A program made the position numbers and the translations under genes. A stretch of DNA of 64,000 nt from Phoronis australis (taxonomy: Eukaryota; Animalia; Phoronida): assembly GCA_002633005.1 (NCBI GenBank), contig NMRA01000009.1:853169-917168 (forward strand). The letters run 5' to 3'. The notes beneath the pieces are model-generated. The model had not been told where the DNA came from. It saw only the letters and a program-made list of their open reading frames with translations, and did not search any database. Below, piece after piece: positions 37,862 to 52,300 of the stretch (the stretch's first letter is position 1; each line of letters starts with the position of its first letter).

Positions 37862-40800
37862 AGGCCGTAGCCAGCATTGCGTGGGGGTGTGGGGTGGATT
37901 TCTATAACGGTGGACCTTTGATATTTTGCAAAAGTCGACACTGTAGAGTTTTCAGTAAGGCCCTTAATGCAGCTTAATTGGGGGGAAGGGAAATCTGTAC
38001 ACAATGATGACTCTCAGATCTGTGTTCTTGAGATGAGTCGGAATTCGTAATACCAGAAATAAGGATGCCTTGACAGTTGCTCGCAAAGGACGGGACTCAA
38101 ATTCGGATACATGTGGTCCAGAGAACGTTCTTGCCAAACCAGGCCTTCCTTAAAAGAGGGATTACACCTCGTTACGTAGTCAGACGGAAAGAGGCCTATT
38201 TAGTCTGAAATTGATTTGACGGATTTTTTATCCGGTTGTATTTATGCATGTTACTTAATTACATCGCTGGAAATGGGAACAGCCCACTATTCTAAAAGTT
38301 CACTTCTTCTAAGGTTCACTACTCCAAAAATATCTAAAATTTCGGAATCAGGTGTAGTTTTTTTTTACTTTTGCATGCAAAAGTGAACGATACTTTGGTT
38401 TTCAAAGTTTAGATGCACTGAGTTGTGTACTCATACCTAAAACAACATCCGGATACTATTGATTTCCTGCGCATACGAAATTGCCCTCATGTCTTACGAA
38501 TACGGAAAAATGAATACGTACTCGCGCATTCTTAAAAGGACACCAAACCCAGTTTTGGTCTACTAACGGATAATAAAAATGACTTTACCATCCAGTTATC
38601 TGAAACAAAATAATGCTCCACAACCCTCGACAACCCTCAAAAGTTAGGAGAATTTTTTGAAAAGTCCTTTTAAAGGCTGCTAAACGAGCAAGTGTGACCT
38701 ACGCTTTTTGCGAATTACATGACGGCAACTGTGGGACAAGATCACCCACCAAGGACCATAATGTCCAATCTGTGACATAGGGAGCAGGAGATTTTAGTTG
38801 ATTCCTTCCCTTAAAAGGATAAACTATACACTGTTTCTGTCAACTGCTGACTTGAAAGATGTAAGTAGGGATCAAATAACAGTTTATGTCCCCTATCTCA
38901 CGAACTGATTATGGACCTTGGTGGATGGTCTAATTCCCCACAGTTGCCGTGTAACTCATTAAAAGTGTAGGTCACACTTTCCCCTTTAGCAGACTTTGGA
39001 GGAAAATTATAAAAAAACATTCAGTTTTGAGGGTTTCTGAGGGATACAGAGCATTACTTTGTTCAAGAGAACTGGATAGTAAAGTCGTTCTTTGGTATCT
39101 CTTAATAGGTCAAAACTTAGAAGATTAGCAGGTGTCAGAACGAAGATTGGTGGAAATAATCAAATTTAATAGGCTTCAGCATCCTTTTACAAAAGTCCGA
39201 AGTAAGAATATTGGTGAATTGTCAACCACGATACATTCAGCAAATACATATCAAGATCCCATCATTCACAGCCCAGAAAAATTTAAGGCCGCCGCGTCTC
39301 AACCTCACACAGCGGAACCACGCGCACGGGCGTGTAAAAACTAAATGTAGTTAGTAGGTTACCCTGTCCCTGACAGTCTTAAAGTCCTGCTCTCACACGT
39401 TGTTAACCCTTATTACATGGTTAGAGGATGTTATAAGGATCCAAGAAGTACCTACCCCATAACTAATACACGATCCGTACTCGAAAAAGGTTTAAATGCA
39501 TAGGCGGATTTAGGGGGGGGGGGTCCAATTTCAAATCCAATTTCAAGGGTCAAATTCGGAACACGGCGCNNNNNNNNNNNNNNNNNNNNNNNNNNNNNNN
39601 NNNNNNNNNNNNNNNNNNNNNNNNNNNNNNNNNNNNNNNNNNNNNNNNNNNNNNNNNNNNNNNNNNNNNNNNNNNNNNNNNNNNNNNNNNNNNNNNNNNN
39701 NNNNNNNNNNNNNNNNNNNNNNNNNNNNNNNNNNNNNNNNNNNNNNNNNNNNNNNNNNNNNNNNNNNNNNNNNNNNNNNNNNNNNNNNNNNNNNNNNNNN
39801 NNNNNNNNNNNNNNNNNNNNNNNNNNNNNNNNNNNNNNNNNNNNNNNNNNNNNNNNNNNNNNNNNNNNNNNNNNNNNNNNNNNNNNNNNNNNNNNNNNNN
39901 NNNNNNNNNNNNNNNNNNATAAATGCTGCATATATTCAAGGGTAGTTTCAGACACTTGCATGAAATTACGGGCTGGTTAGTCCTGTGTCACACTGCCGCG
40001 GCAGACCTTAGTTAGCCTCAGTCACCAGCTACCAGTGAAGACTATCGTCAAAATACAGCTTGTTAGTAGGCCTATACAGCTTTGCGCCAAGGCTACCCTT
40101 AGGCCTAACTGGTCGCTGGCCACAGCGCTCGCTCAAACGAAGTTTATTTAGAACTTGGGTACTTCTGGCGAACTGTGCAAAGTTGTTGGCTTTCAATAGA
40201 GATTTTCCCTGACTTTGTATGAGCGCACCAAGCCTAAAAGAATGGGGGGGGGGCTGGAATTTTGGGAATGTCTATCTTTTACTATATAAGATTCAGTGGG
40301 TATGTTCAGAGCTATGAATTGTAGACTCTAAATTTTGGTACTTCCTGTCTTCTAGTGGAATATTGTCTCATTTTCTACTTTTTTCGGAATTCGTGCTTCT
40401 GTGACTGAGGCAGACTTTTTCCAGTTCTCCAAAAAGGGGGCTCGTTCGAGCACATAAATATGACAAGTCCAATACAACATGTTATCATTTTTTTATTCAT
40501 TAACCCAAAATGATTCAAACTTTTAACATAATAAGTAACTTAAAATGTACAATACTTTACAACATTTAGAATTACAAACACTATTCAACCGCAACAGTTT
40601 CCATGATATGAAAGTGGACATACATGTAACTATTACCATGGTGACGGAATAGTGTTTCCTTACACCAGAATTTGACAAGCATCATTTAAAAAAATATGAA
40701 GTTGCAAGGAACAAGAATTAGAGGCTTGAAGCTTCACAATCCAACATAGCTTATTTCTCAAATAAAGATTATTCATATTGTTGACTTGATAACCTGAATC

Positions 40801-43235
40801 AAGAAGCAATAAGTTACAAAACTTGATTTGAAAGCAATTGAGACTTAAAATTTAGAAAAATATGAAATCATTTTGTGACACCGAATCAAGTCTTGAACAG
40901 CAGTTGACAGTCAAACAGAAAACCGTTTCAAAATTATTTCAACTATTTTTAGCTTAGTGTAAGATCACCTGAATGGGAAATTTACATTAAAATAATTCGA
41001 ATATATCTTATATTTTTGCACAAAAAACACGAAAATTGAACGAAGTTTCTTTTTTGTAGCAACGTTTGTCAAAATGTATCAATGTTAAATCTTCACAAAT
41101 TACAGAGTAGCCGATTGAACGTGTCTTTCAGTGCAGCAAAAGTCGCCATGTTGTCGGTGCCGCCAGAAATGAGACGAAGTCCAACGGGAATTGTGAGCAC
41201 ATTTATCACTTAATGAGTAACAACTGCGAGGCTGAAATTTGGTGAACACTGTTAAATCGTGCAGAATAGTAAGTAAAGGTGTGTCTAACTAAATTTCACC
41301 GTAATTTGTTGGCGAAAACAATTTACACAAAGTTTTAAACTCGTAACTTATCCCGCTGTCCTCCAATATGGCCGACGCGATCCAAACAAAGTGACCCAAA
41401 TTTCGCCACAAAACTTGCAATAACTTTACACTGCTTGCCCCGATTTTGATACTTTTTCTTTCGATTTTTACTGAGTAGAACGCACTACCTTTCCGATGAT
41501 AGCAAAGTACTTTTTAAAAACGAGAAAAAAAATAAAACCGAAAAAAATTGGTTCGACCCATATTAGTTCCTAGGTTCGACCGGCCTACGTAAAGAACTAA
41601 ACACCAGTGCTATTTTAACATACTAAGTACGCGTAACATTCCAAAACAAATCAATGACCACTAACTACAAACTATAAATACACTACATATGCAAACGAAT
41701 CACGAGATATTACTAATAAAATAAAATAATGAAGACTTTTCGAGCAAGCCATAGCACATTCAGTTACAAGGAAAAAATGGCGGCGTTCAGGACAAGTTCC
41801 TGAACTGATGAGCCGGAAATGCGGGTACGGAAATAACCGATGACAGCCGGTAATCATACGCTCACAGAGAAGGGTCAAATACTGTTAAAAAATCGCTTTT
41901 GGCAAGAAAGGCGAAAAGAATATAAAGAAAGGGTGTCGAAAATAAGAATTTATGTAGAAAGTATTTTCGGATACTGGAACCACATGGGCAGTTTGAGAGC
42001 AGGACTTTAACGAAGTCAAAGAGTCCCATTCAGTCTTCTTATTCTGACCCCGATGTTCACGATTGGCAGCGATTGAAACTGAGCTCATTTGTACACTATG
42101 TAATTAAAGTTTTACTAAGAACTATTCAACTTTCGCAAATCCTTTAAATGGTTACTTAATGGACACAAATACAATACTTTATTCATGTCAGGCGCGGCTC
42201 ATTATCAGACAATCAGAATAATGAATTGTCGGAGTTCTGATGTAGGAATTGAGGACATTCGAAGCAGTGAACTTTCCAAGGTAACGAATATTCGGAATGG
42301 TGAAACGTTGGAGTAGTGGACCTTCGGAGTAGTGAACCTTTAGAATTAAAACATGTAATCTTGGAATTATTTTACATTAAGTTTTTGTTGCTCGTATGAA
42401 ATCTGCGAGGCTGTGCACCATTGGCAATGGTTGGCAAGAGAAGATTTTCTTCTTTCATTAGGTCTGTACCTACTTCTCCCTACTAATGTGAACATGCTCA
42501 TCGGTGTTTCTCCGTGCAAAAAACGGTACTTAAATGTCTGGTTTTTGAGCATCGATGGAGGATAGTGAACTTATCGTAGTGAATTTTAAAGAATGCAAAC
42601 GCACACGTGCACGTGTGTACGCATGCGTGTCACTTCACAAATCTACGATCAACGACACTAGATACTAGATGAACAACATATATGACGATCATTGATCACT
42701 TTCAATTCGAAATTTGAAAATGGTTGTACTTTACCATACTATACCAACAGATACATCAAAATACCAGATAAGAAACCTATTGTCTCCTTTTTTGTTTCTT
42801 GTTTGATTTTATTACATTCACTCTCTCGCTGCTATGTCAGTAGCCCAGCTACTGAGGTATAAACATTTGCTTCTAAACTCCCTTATTACCCTATGGTGAA
42901 ACTACTACGCAAGTTCAGTGCCGATGAATAACATAAAGACTCCTCTAATCGTCTGCACGATCCTGTCTTCTACAGAAACACCATTCGGACGACGTTGGCT
43001 AGGTACGTCTTGATGATTACATGAAGAGTTTTGAATCGGAAGCAAATTCAAAATTATTACTAACTTAGTTATCATTGTAATTAGTAGTACCAGTAGCTCC
43101 AACAATTTTGTTCTTGTTGTTCATCTATATCCTATCTTTAACAGATAGACTGGGGCTGGACCTTTTCTGCGGTCCGAGGGGGGGGTTCGATCGAGCACCC
43201 CGAACAGCCCCCCCCCCTCCCTTGCTACGGGCTTG
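37862..43235 (+). mobile_element. Composite hAT-like element, copy 2, enlarged by further insertions
   Basis: Starts AGGCCGTAGCCAGCATTGCG and ends TTGCTACGGGCTTG. Flanked by CATCA(A) on both sides (37856-37861, 43236-43241). Colinear with 30206-32514 except for inserts at ~38539-39190 and ~39400-42055. Confidence 0.8.
38539..39136. mobile_element. Palindromic (foldback) MITE nested in composite copy 2
   Basis: GACACC...GGTGTC ends. GACTTTACCATCCAGTT / AACTGGATAGTAAAGTC and GTGTGACCTAC / GTAGGTCACAC are mirror pairs. Absent from copy 1. Confidence 0.75.
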
Positions 43236-43391
43236 CATCAAGAGGAACATACCTTAACGGTCCTTCACGCTGGACTGAGAGATGCAGACTAAATTGTTAT
43301 AGCCTTGCCTATGTAAAAACAGCAAAACTGTGTCAAAATTACTAAACAGCCAACTTAAGATAGAACTAAACTTTTCCCAACTCTGTGTAAG

Positions 43392-46300
43392 CTACACCGC
43401 AGTAACAGGACGTTTCGCCATCCAAACTTTTATCTGTGGCAGTTGCTCGAATCGCTCTCTGTGTTCCTTCATTTTGGGATACTTATCCAAGGCCGTCGGA
43501 TAGGCAGCCAGGAAAAAGTCGGAGTTGTTGTATATGTAAATATCTGCCAAAGTAACCTGTGGAGACAACATACGCAATTAAGGCCAGGGCACAGTACGAT
43601 ACGATTTTTACCGCCGACAATGTCGCCTATCAAAAAAGTCGTTTCGTGCACCCTGTCCACGACGACAGTTCGACGGCAAAATTGCAAGTTGTCAAGAAAG
43701 ATCAGAAACACGTTTGACAGTTGAAAAGACTTTATTCACACTATTGAGTGCAAAAGGTTCGAGTGCGTAATTCTACTGTAAATCACCAACCAATGAAAGA
43801 AAGGGGCGTCTTAAGTTGCACACTCCTTGGCTTTGCTTCCTAGGGGTCCCAAACGGGGCCCTAAAATTTCACCAAATCAAAATTTGGAGTGCAACATCCG
43901 TTTTAAGTCTGTTTCATTTAAGTCACCCATCCAATTAAATTGATGCAACATGGAAATATACGGGAGTTTGGACCCCCAACGATAAGAAGACCTTCAAAAA
44001 TGAACTTGTTTAAAGAATAAGTACCATTGTGTTTGGTGCTATGAATAAAACGTTACGTTAACGTCACTAAGCTTGTTCCTACAATAACCCAAGACATGTG
44101 TGCTTCACTCCGCAGTTTACACATTCACTGGGTGTGACTATACCTTTGTAAGGAAAGGGAAGAACAGGTCATAGGCAGTTGTGGCAAAAAGTTCCAGAGA
44201 GCTATTTACAGGGGAAAATCATCAAAACCTTGCAGGGTTTTGTCTGCGTTTTGTACGATACTTACATTTTTGCCAACAAACCATCCGTTTCCCCCTTCAT
44301 TTTGGCAAAGAAATGAGTTCATTGTCTCCAGCTGCTGAGTCAAGACTTTGTCATGTCGAGCTTTCAAGATCGCCTGCAAGACAACAAGTGTCCTCTTCCG
44401 TTATTTTTGCCATCTCACCTGGCCAAGAAATCCTGCAGCAAAGTTGATCCCCTCGGTACAGGTCCGTAGGAAGGAAAAAATTATTGGGGTGGGGGGTGCA
44501 TAAACCAATTTGACTTCGCTTACCTACCCTTACTTACTTACCCCTTGCTATCGTCAGCCCCCCCGTTTTCTGGATGTCACCATATTTGTACCAAAACCCC
44601 CACGTCCGCCATACTGAGGTGGGGGTAATACCGGGGATGCAGCCATCAGGATTTGAGTAACCGTGAATCACCAAAGATTAACGAAGAGTAAGAGTAGATC
44701 TAGGCCCCGAGCGCACTGACGAGTAGCTGGGAGCTGCCTGAAGTAACTACAGCCAGGTCGAAGTAATGTTTGGAAAGGTGAAGTCCCGAGGTGCCTGGTA
44801 TGAGTGCCTTTGTGGCCGTTTCAGAATCCCCTGATGAAACACAGCCGGTTACCCAGTTCCTGGTTGCTGGGGAAAACGATACAGAGTGTGTCCTAAAAAC
44901 GTACACACTCCAACGTCTGGAGTTCAAATTCAGTTCCGTTGGTAACTGAGATTTTTAGCTGGCCTACTGCATGGTTACAACTTATTTTTTAACATGGATA
45001 TGCCTAGCTGTAATGACGGGTTCCGGCCGTGCATGCGCGCACCTGGGCGGGAGGGGTTTCGATGGCAAAGTTGGCAAAAAGGTCCGCATCGAGAAAACGA
45101 GACAAAAGTCCACTAAAAAGGCAGGATTCGGCGTATGCACAATTCATAGCCCTGAACAAACCCCTAAATCAGAAAGAAACCAACAATCAAATCCATGAGC
45201 AATGCGTTTACCTTGATTTAATGACTTAATTTCTTTTTGATCCCATGTTAGTGATTTTAAACAACAAATCTTGTACCGAAGTCAAAAAGCAATGCATTCA
45301 TTGTCATTTGAATTGTGAATAAATTTTTGGGAAGTGTTCAAATTTCATCAATGTTTTTGAGAGTTATTTTAGATAGGCAAAAAGCGTCCAAGAACACTTT
45401 AATATTTGGGATCGGATTATAGTTTTCCAAATTCAAGCTTCAACTAAATTCCCTGAATCGTCATCATTTCTTTAAAGATTATCTTCTAATTGCCAAAAAT
45501 CACCTATTAACCTGTCGACTTTCGCAGATACATAAACATGTAAATCAGAAACCAACGAATTTGTTGATCAAAACGGAACGTTATAAGCAATTTCCGCAGA
45601 CATGCTCGCAGATTTTTGACGGGATAACCGAAGGAAATGGGAGATGGGGCACTCATAGTAAGGTGTATTTTTGCTCTTTCGAGGTACCTATAACGGTTCA
45701 CGAGTTTAACTTGACCTCAAAAAAAACGCTGAAATATTTGTTTAATGTGAATATTATTGTGAGTATTTGGGTACCCTCGTTCGACATGTACACGGTCACC
45801 CCAATGGTAGCCTCGACAGCAGTGTTTTCCACGTGGGAATTCCTTACGAACAACTCATAGTAAACATCTTCAAAAGAGATGCTATACTTGTGATAAAATG
45901 GGAAACAGTAACATTATTTTATAACTAACCATCGAAAATAGTCCTTTTGTGTAATTAACAAACAGCGGTCTTCACGCTCTTTCAAATTCCTGACTTCCTT
46001 TTCATGACGGTCAATCCAATTGTATTTTTTCACATTTTTGGTTGTTTGGGTCGAATGTCTTGATACGGCTGTGCTGTGCCCGAAAGTTTTGTGTTTTTGA
46101 TAAATTTGAATTCGAATCACAACTTCCCTCGTGAATACTTGGCAGTGTCGGGTTTACATGTATAGAGGGACAACGAGACATTTCTCCGAACTGCTCCACA
46201 GAGAGAGAGTGCCGTCAGAAATGGGACACCTTAATTATGAAAGCTAAACATCATTAAGCTTGGAAAAGAGTGACAGTTCATTCCACCGTCGTGTGGTCAG

Positions 46301-49300
46301 ACGACGGTGCAGGAAGTGACCTTCTTCAACATGAAAGTTGGTTGCACGATTTCACAAAAAACAAGGAAAATAGACGTAATCGAGTCCAACATTGGGTCCT
46401 CTCTCCGTGAGCGTACCCTTAAGAATTTATCAATAGAAACATAAAAACTGTGGCCACTTGAATAGGATCAATGGCCTCCTTCAGACATAGGGCCCCTCTA
46501 TGTGAAAATATCTGTATTTCCAAAAATCAAGAAATGTGCAGCAATTGATGATATCTGTCAGGTCATCAATTTTTCTCAAGTGATGAATTTGAGAAAAAAG
46601 CGACTGCTGTTCCGTTATCCCTTATCAGAGAGCGGTCTCCGGAAAAATATGATTTTGCAGTCGCAAAATTGACTTACTGAATTTAAAAATCCAGTAAATT
46701 AATACGCTCTGCAAAAGCTTCGCTTTACAAATTTTGTTGATTTTTTGAAATACATGCATGAATCATTACGTGCTCGTTTCCAAGTGTACTTAGACGACCC
46801 GTGCTGCGAAAGCGGAGACCTCAACAACAATGTCCTGGCCAGGGTCCTCAAAAGATAAACCATGCACTGTTACACAGTTGTTAAATGTTCTCTTGAGTTT
46901 TCTCTCTTATCCGCATTTAGCAGTCTTTCTTTTCTCGACTGTCCCCGCCCCAGTCGGTTGCCACGGTTTTACCCTGACGCCTGAATTTTTTTGGGGGGCC
47001 GTGCCGCTTCCTACGGCCCTGCAGTACAGAAACAATTCCTTACCTAAATCATATATAGAACCCCGCATGACCTTCCATTATAGACGCTGTTATGGAAGCA
47101 GAAGCCTACAGTCTGGACAGTACCCGACTTTCATACACATGATGTAGGGATCTTAAAGAACGGGATCAGATTCTTATCAATGTCCACACTAAGCAGGGTA
47201 CCGGCACTCTTGAAGGCGGGTGTCAGTATCCCCCTCCCCCTTATAAAGCGACCACTCAAAAAATCTCTTTAATCGTACTGAAGGGGGCGAAGTTTAGTGC
47301 AGACCAAATGGAGCGGAACCAGTATCGGCGGGGGTGCGCCACGGCTCGCATTTTCTTCGCTACAAATACAGAAAGATTTCCGGTGATTACGGCTCTCCCA
47401 CTGTGTACCTGGAATATACGATGTTTGAGCTACAGTGTGCAGGATACAGTTGCTGTCACATACAGACGTTTCAGAGTGCCTATGCTTGTTGTATAAATGT
47501 GTTTGCGTTGACATGTCGTCGTCAATCAGAATTATACCTTTCGTTCTTCCTCTTTCTCGTAATAAGTAATCTGTATAACTGGCTCTGCCATGTCATCCAC
47601 ACAGTCCATTAGCATGTTGATACGAGCTTTTTCCAAATTTGTGTTGCCCATGAATCCTGAACAAACGGATAAATCAATAAATTAAACACAAAAATATTAC
47701 ATCAATTATAATTTGAATAAAAATTGCGTTTGAAAAGTGTGCAAACGGAGGTTTGTGTTTCCTCAAGAAGCTACACCATGACACAGTCTGACGACACAGT
47801 CTGACGACAGTCTGACGACAGTCTGACGACACAGTCTGACGACACAGTCTGACAACACAGTCTGACGACACAGTCTGACGACAGAGGAAAAGAGCAACAA
47901 TGGATACTTCCAACACCTCAGTAAAGCTATCAATTCCAGCTCATCATGGTGCGCCCTCTATATTTAGTTACATAAATACTCCACGAGCTAACGAGAGCAG
48001 AAAGATGTTTTTTCGATGATTTGAGACACTTAAACCAGAACCGAAGGACGATTTACGGAGAACGCCGATGGAAATGGCTTGCAACGGAATATACAAGGAT
48101 GCACAGGCATCACGATCAGTTGAATAGAAGCGTATGTCCAGTAATACACATCAGAATAAATATGTCCAAAGTGAAATAAATTCATCTTAATGTCATTTCG
48201 CAATTTGTGAATGAGGTCAACAATCTACTATGTGTCGGACCATACGTGGCCGGTACAGACTTACGGACGGAAACGCGATCTCGCCGACAACCCAGGTTTC
48301 GTGTATTCTTATTTCGAAATTATCAGTGGCATTTTGTCTTCAGCTGCAGGGAAATACGAGTTTCTGATGCAACCATTTGCACGACAATTAAACTGCGAGG
48401 CAAAACAACTAAACTGGCACTAGAAAACCAAGTTGTTTTTAAAAATCGAGTGACCTGTGAATGAAGTTCAGTTGATGTGAATGGTTTTGAAGTCGACAAA
48501 TGAACGAAACGACTTGGAATCGGTGGTTATAGCGGTGCCTGTAACGACTTGGAATCGTGGTTATAGCGGTACCCGTAACGGTTGGAATCATGGTTGTAGC
48601 GGTGCGTGTAACGGTTGGAATCGTGGTTATAGCGGTGCCTGTAACGGTTGGAATCGTGGTTATAGCGGTGCCTGTAACGGCTAATTTTTGTGATTGTGTG
48701 ACTTATATGTATTCATTTTCAAATGAGATGCGCACTATTAAGGCTGGGGGGCTAGAGCAATGGGCCTCACACTTATTTCAGTACTGCGCCGCCCATGGAA
48801 ACTCATCGAACTCATCACTTGTAAAAGCTGAAACCAAGAGGGCAGCGGTTGTGCCGGATAACCGCTCTTGCGTTTTGTCTCTCATGCACATCATAGTGAA
48901 TAAGCAGACGACGACTATTAAAATTCCGTCATCACTGCAATACACACCTGTACGGCGCGTAAGGCAGAGGACATATGGGCAAAGGAACCACGCAAAATGA
49001 GGCTACAGCGCAACCTGTGGTCACCAACCAAAAATAACAATTGCAGCGTATGAGCTCTATTCTAGCCTCGGTATGATTATATAAACTTATCACATGACAC
49101 GATTTTTGTAACCGTTGCAAAATTAAATTAAAGCATAAGACACTCTCCACTCTCCGTATAGTGTACAACAGGATGCCCCAAAGTAACCTCAACATCACTC
49201 AATCATACTAGGCCTTCTGGTGACCATTGAGCTGCCCCTAAGTAACCTCAACATCGCTCAATACTAGGCCTTAGGGTGACCATTGAGCTGCCCCTAAGTA

Positions 49301-52300
49301 ACCTCAACATCGCTCAATACTAGGCCTTATGGTGACCATTGAGCTGCCCCAAAGTAACCTGAACATCGCTCAATATAGGTCTTATGGTGACCATTGAGCT
49401 GCCCCTAAGTAACCTCAACATCGCTCAATACTAGGCCTTATGGTGACCATTGAGCTGCAGGGAAATTTCACAAGAAGTGCCAGGGAAGCTAGGTCTGTCG
49501 GAAGAAATGATTGTGTTTGTTGTCCGTAAGTGTTCTTTATTTCCTAGTTCACGTTGAGAAACTTACCAAATTCCTCAGCTAGGTATCGAAAAATTGCTCG
49601 ACTTTGCACAATAATCACGTCGTTCACCACTAGTTGAGGTAACTTTTGCCATAGAAACGCTGAAAATATTCAATACTACAATGTTTATAGAAACCCAAGC
49701 CATCATTCTCTCAGACAAAACGGAAAGAGAGTTTCGTTTCACATCTCAGTGCAATTTAGTTCACTATTCGCGCCATTACACGTCTGGTCTGTTACGACAC
49801 TCAAATTGGGTTATTTGTTTTCGAGATTATTTCATGCCGAAGAAAGCGGGGACCGTACTCCTCCAATAACACCCAGGCGCCAGAAACGAAAGCTTAATGG
49901 CGACCGGCATTTAGGCTTACGCGGGGACGGGGGACATTGTCCTATATTACAGCGAAATGATAAGACGGAGACATATCATCTAAACGATTGATAAATTGAG
50001 ACTGAAGAGACATTCTCGGCGAGAAAAGTAATTAAAGGAGCATGCCACCCAAAAAACAACCTAATTTGTATCAATTGAGTTCGAATAGTTCTACTCCATA
50101 ACGACACGTACGGTTGCGTTACGTGACACCTGACGGAGGTGTTGAAATTATCCACTGACGTCATCGGTTTCACACGCAGTCTGTTCAGCAGTTCACAACA
50201 CGGGTTACTGGTGTCAGCTTATCGCTTGAAGTCATCGTTTAACACCAATAAATCATCAAACTTCGATGTAAAACCCTTGAAAATACACCGAGTTCTTATA
50301 AAAACGTGTTGTTTTATTTCGCTCTTACGGATTTATTGGTATTTGGACACACCGTAGCCTAGCTACAAAAGTTCGGCAGGCCAATAAGGTCGTAGCAGGA
50401 GTTTGGGGTTTGTTCCCGGAGATAATTTCGAAGTATTTTCCGTGCGATACAGACAGGAGAACCTATATCTGTGTTGTTTAGACTTGTGATTTTTTTAGTT
50501 CTAAACACAAAAGGCTTGTTATCCTGGCCAGTGGCTCGGAGCCCGATCAAGCCCGTCGCGGATGGCCTGATTGACTCCGCCGTTATCTCGGCCAGTGGCT
50601 CGGAAATTGATCAGACATCACGAACATAAACCAGCGAAAGTTCAGTGGAAACTAAACTTACAGTCAAGAAAATACTATACTAGTGAGCCAAAGTAATGTG
50701 CACGTGATTATGTTGGTGAATTACCCACGAAACTGCAAATCTACTAACTCGTCGGGGGCCGCGAATTAAGGTTCCGCTTTGGCCACAGCACCGTCAGGGC
50801 AGAAGTTGTACATTGACAATCGTTATTTGAGTAATGTAAATGTAAATAAAGATTCCCCTAACCTCTGGCCGTGGAATGCAAATCGAGTTGTTTCAGAACA
50901 GTTTCTGCCAGCAAACACTAAATTAGCATGAGCTCACACGGCCCGGTGTCCCGTCATTAGTTTTATTGCATCTAAAGCCGGTAACGCAGTGATTTATTCA
51001 TTGCTGGCTTCTCAAATCATTTGCACTCACGAACACTCCAAAGGCATTACAAATTGCATCTAATGAGACGGACTTTGTTTCAGTTTTATATAAGTACTGG
51101 TTAGGGTGAGAATAATTCATTTTGAAACATTGCGCTCAGTAATAAACGCCAACAATGGCAACTCGCAATCCCGACTTAGGACGAGCTAGAGCTCATCAGT
51201 CACGACTTCGCAGGTGGATCAGACTATCAATTCGAACAGGAATACAGTGATGAAGAAATACTGGACAGGCGCCGTGAACATTAGCTCAGACAACGGAACG
51301 TATTTGGTAATCTGGCATTCGTTAAGCATTGTCGACGTCTGCAGGCCACAGAGAAGGAGAGGTTTCACGGCCTCATACTTGCTTTTTACAGCGCACAATT
51401 CATTCTTCACTACCATGGGCCACTTCCTAAGAATTCGGACTCTCGAGTAAGTAAAAAAAACGATATACCCGCTTTCATCGCAGTTGCTTAGTTCGGACAA
51501 GCGGGAACGATGCACCGCAACATAGCGGCATTCACTCTGCATATGAACCACTGACGTCGCTAGCGTCGTTTCTCACCTTCCTCACAGGTTAACGCGACAC
51601 CTCTTGGCAAGGTAAGGTCGACCGTATGCGAGGCGATGTGGATATAGACCGATTAAGACAGCAAAAAAGACTAATTAAATCAGGTGGCATTCTCCTTTAA
51701 GAATTAAGTAGATGCGAGAAATCGAATCCACATCTGTACCTGTCCAGTGCTAGATTTAAACTGTGTGCCGGGGGGGGGGGCACCGGTCGATTCATTTTTG
51801 TTAGGGAAGCCACAAATTGCATCACGTATTGTCTAATATACGCATGACAACGAGCATTCCACCCTATTACTAAAAAGTCCGAAAAAAAATTGATATAGAT
51901 CAGAATTTATAAAGATTTGTAAAATCAAAACGGCAACTTTTAGTGAATTCAAATCTTCGTCTTTCCAATGAACTCTCTCAGGCAAGGGATACTGTAATCA
52001 AATGTTATTGCAATTTTCCGCTTTTTGTTGAAATTATACGTCATCTTATGTCAAGCCCTATATGCAGAGGGTTCAGGTTTCTGTCAACAATCGTCTCTGT
52101 GTCCTCTTTTCGAAATTACATATGATTTTAAATCAGTCTAGAAGTCCTCTCTCGGAGATCAACTAAGTACCCATTGACTTCCATAACCAACCTTTCCTAT
52201 TTTGTATTGGGCATCCTTTTTTAACGCAAAGAATGAATAAAATACTCAAAGTTAAGAAAAATTACCCGAATTTACCTCTAACTGTTCTTCAACAATTATT

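Noticed and set aside
39452-39961. Long ORFs spanning N runs (also 8244-8996)
   Set aside because: Artefacts of assembly gaps.
41800-41840. Hammerhead-like CTGATGA..GAAA (also on the minus strand at ~2947-2960)
   Set aside because: I could not build stems I-III and a cleavage triplet around either core.
39403-42055. Possible piggyBac-like insert beginning TTAACCCT
   Set aside because: No matching right terminus found and the segment contains a gap; left unclassified.
48481-49000. VVIAVPVT / GWNRGYSGAC repeat ORFs and CRISPR-like appearance
   Set aside because: Head-to-tail 33-bp minisatellite with no unique spacers, no cas genes, and a eukaryotic intron context.
51219-51551. 110-aa minus-strand ORF as a host gene
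   Set aside because: Lies inside the Kolobok element and reflects frameshifted THAP remnants.
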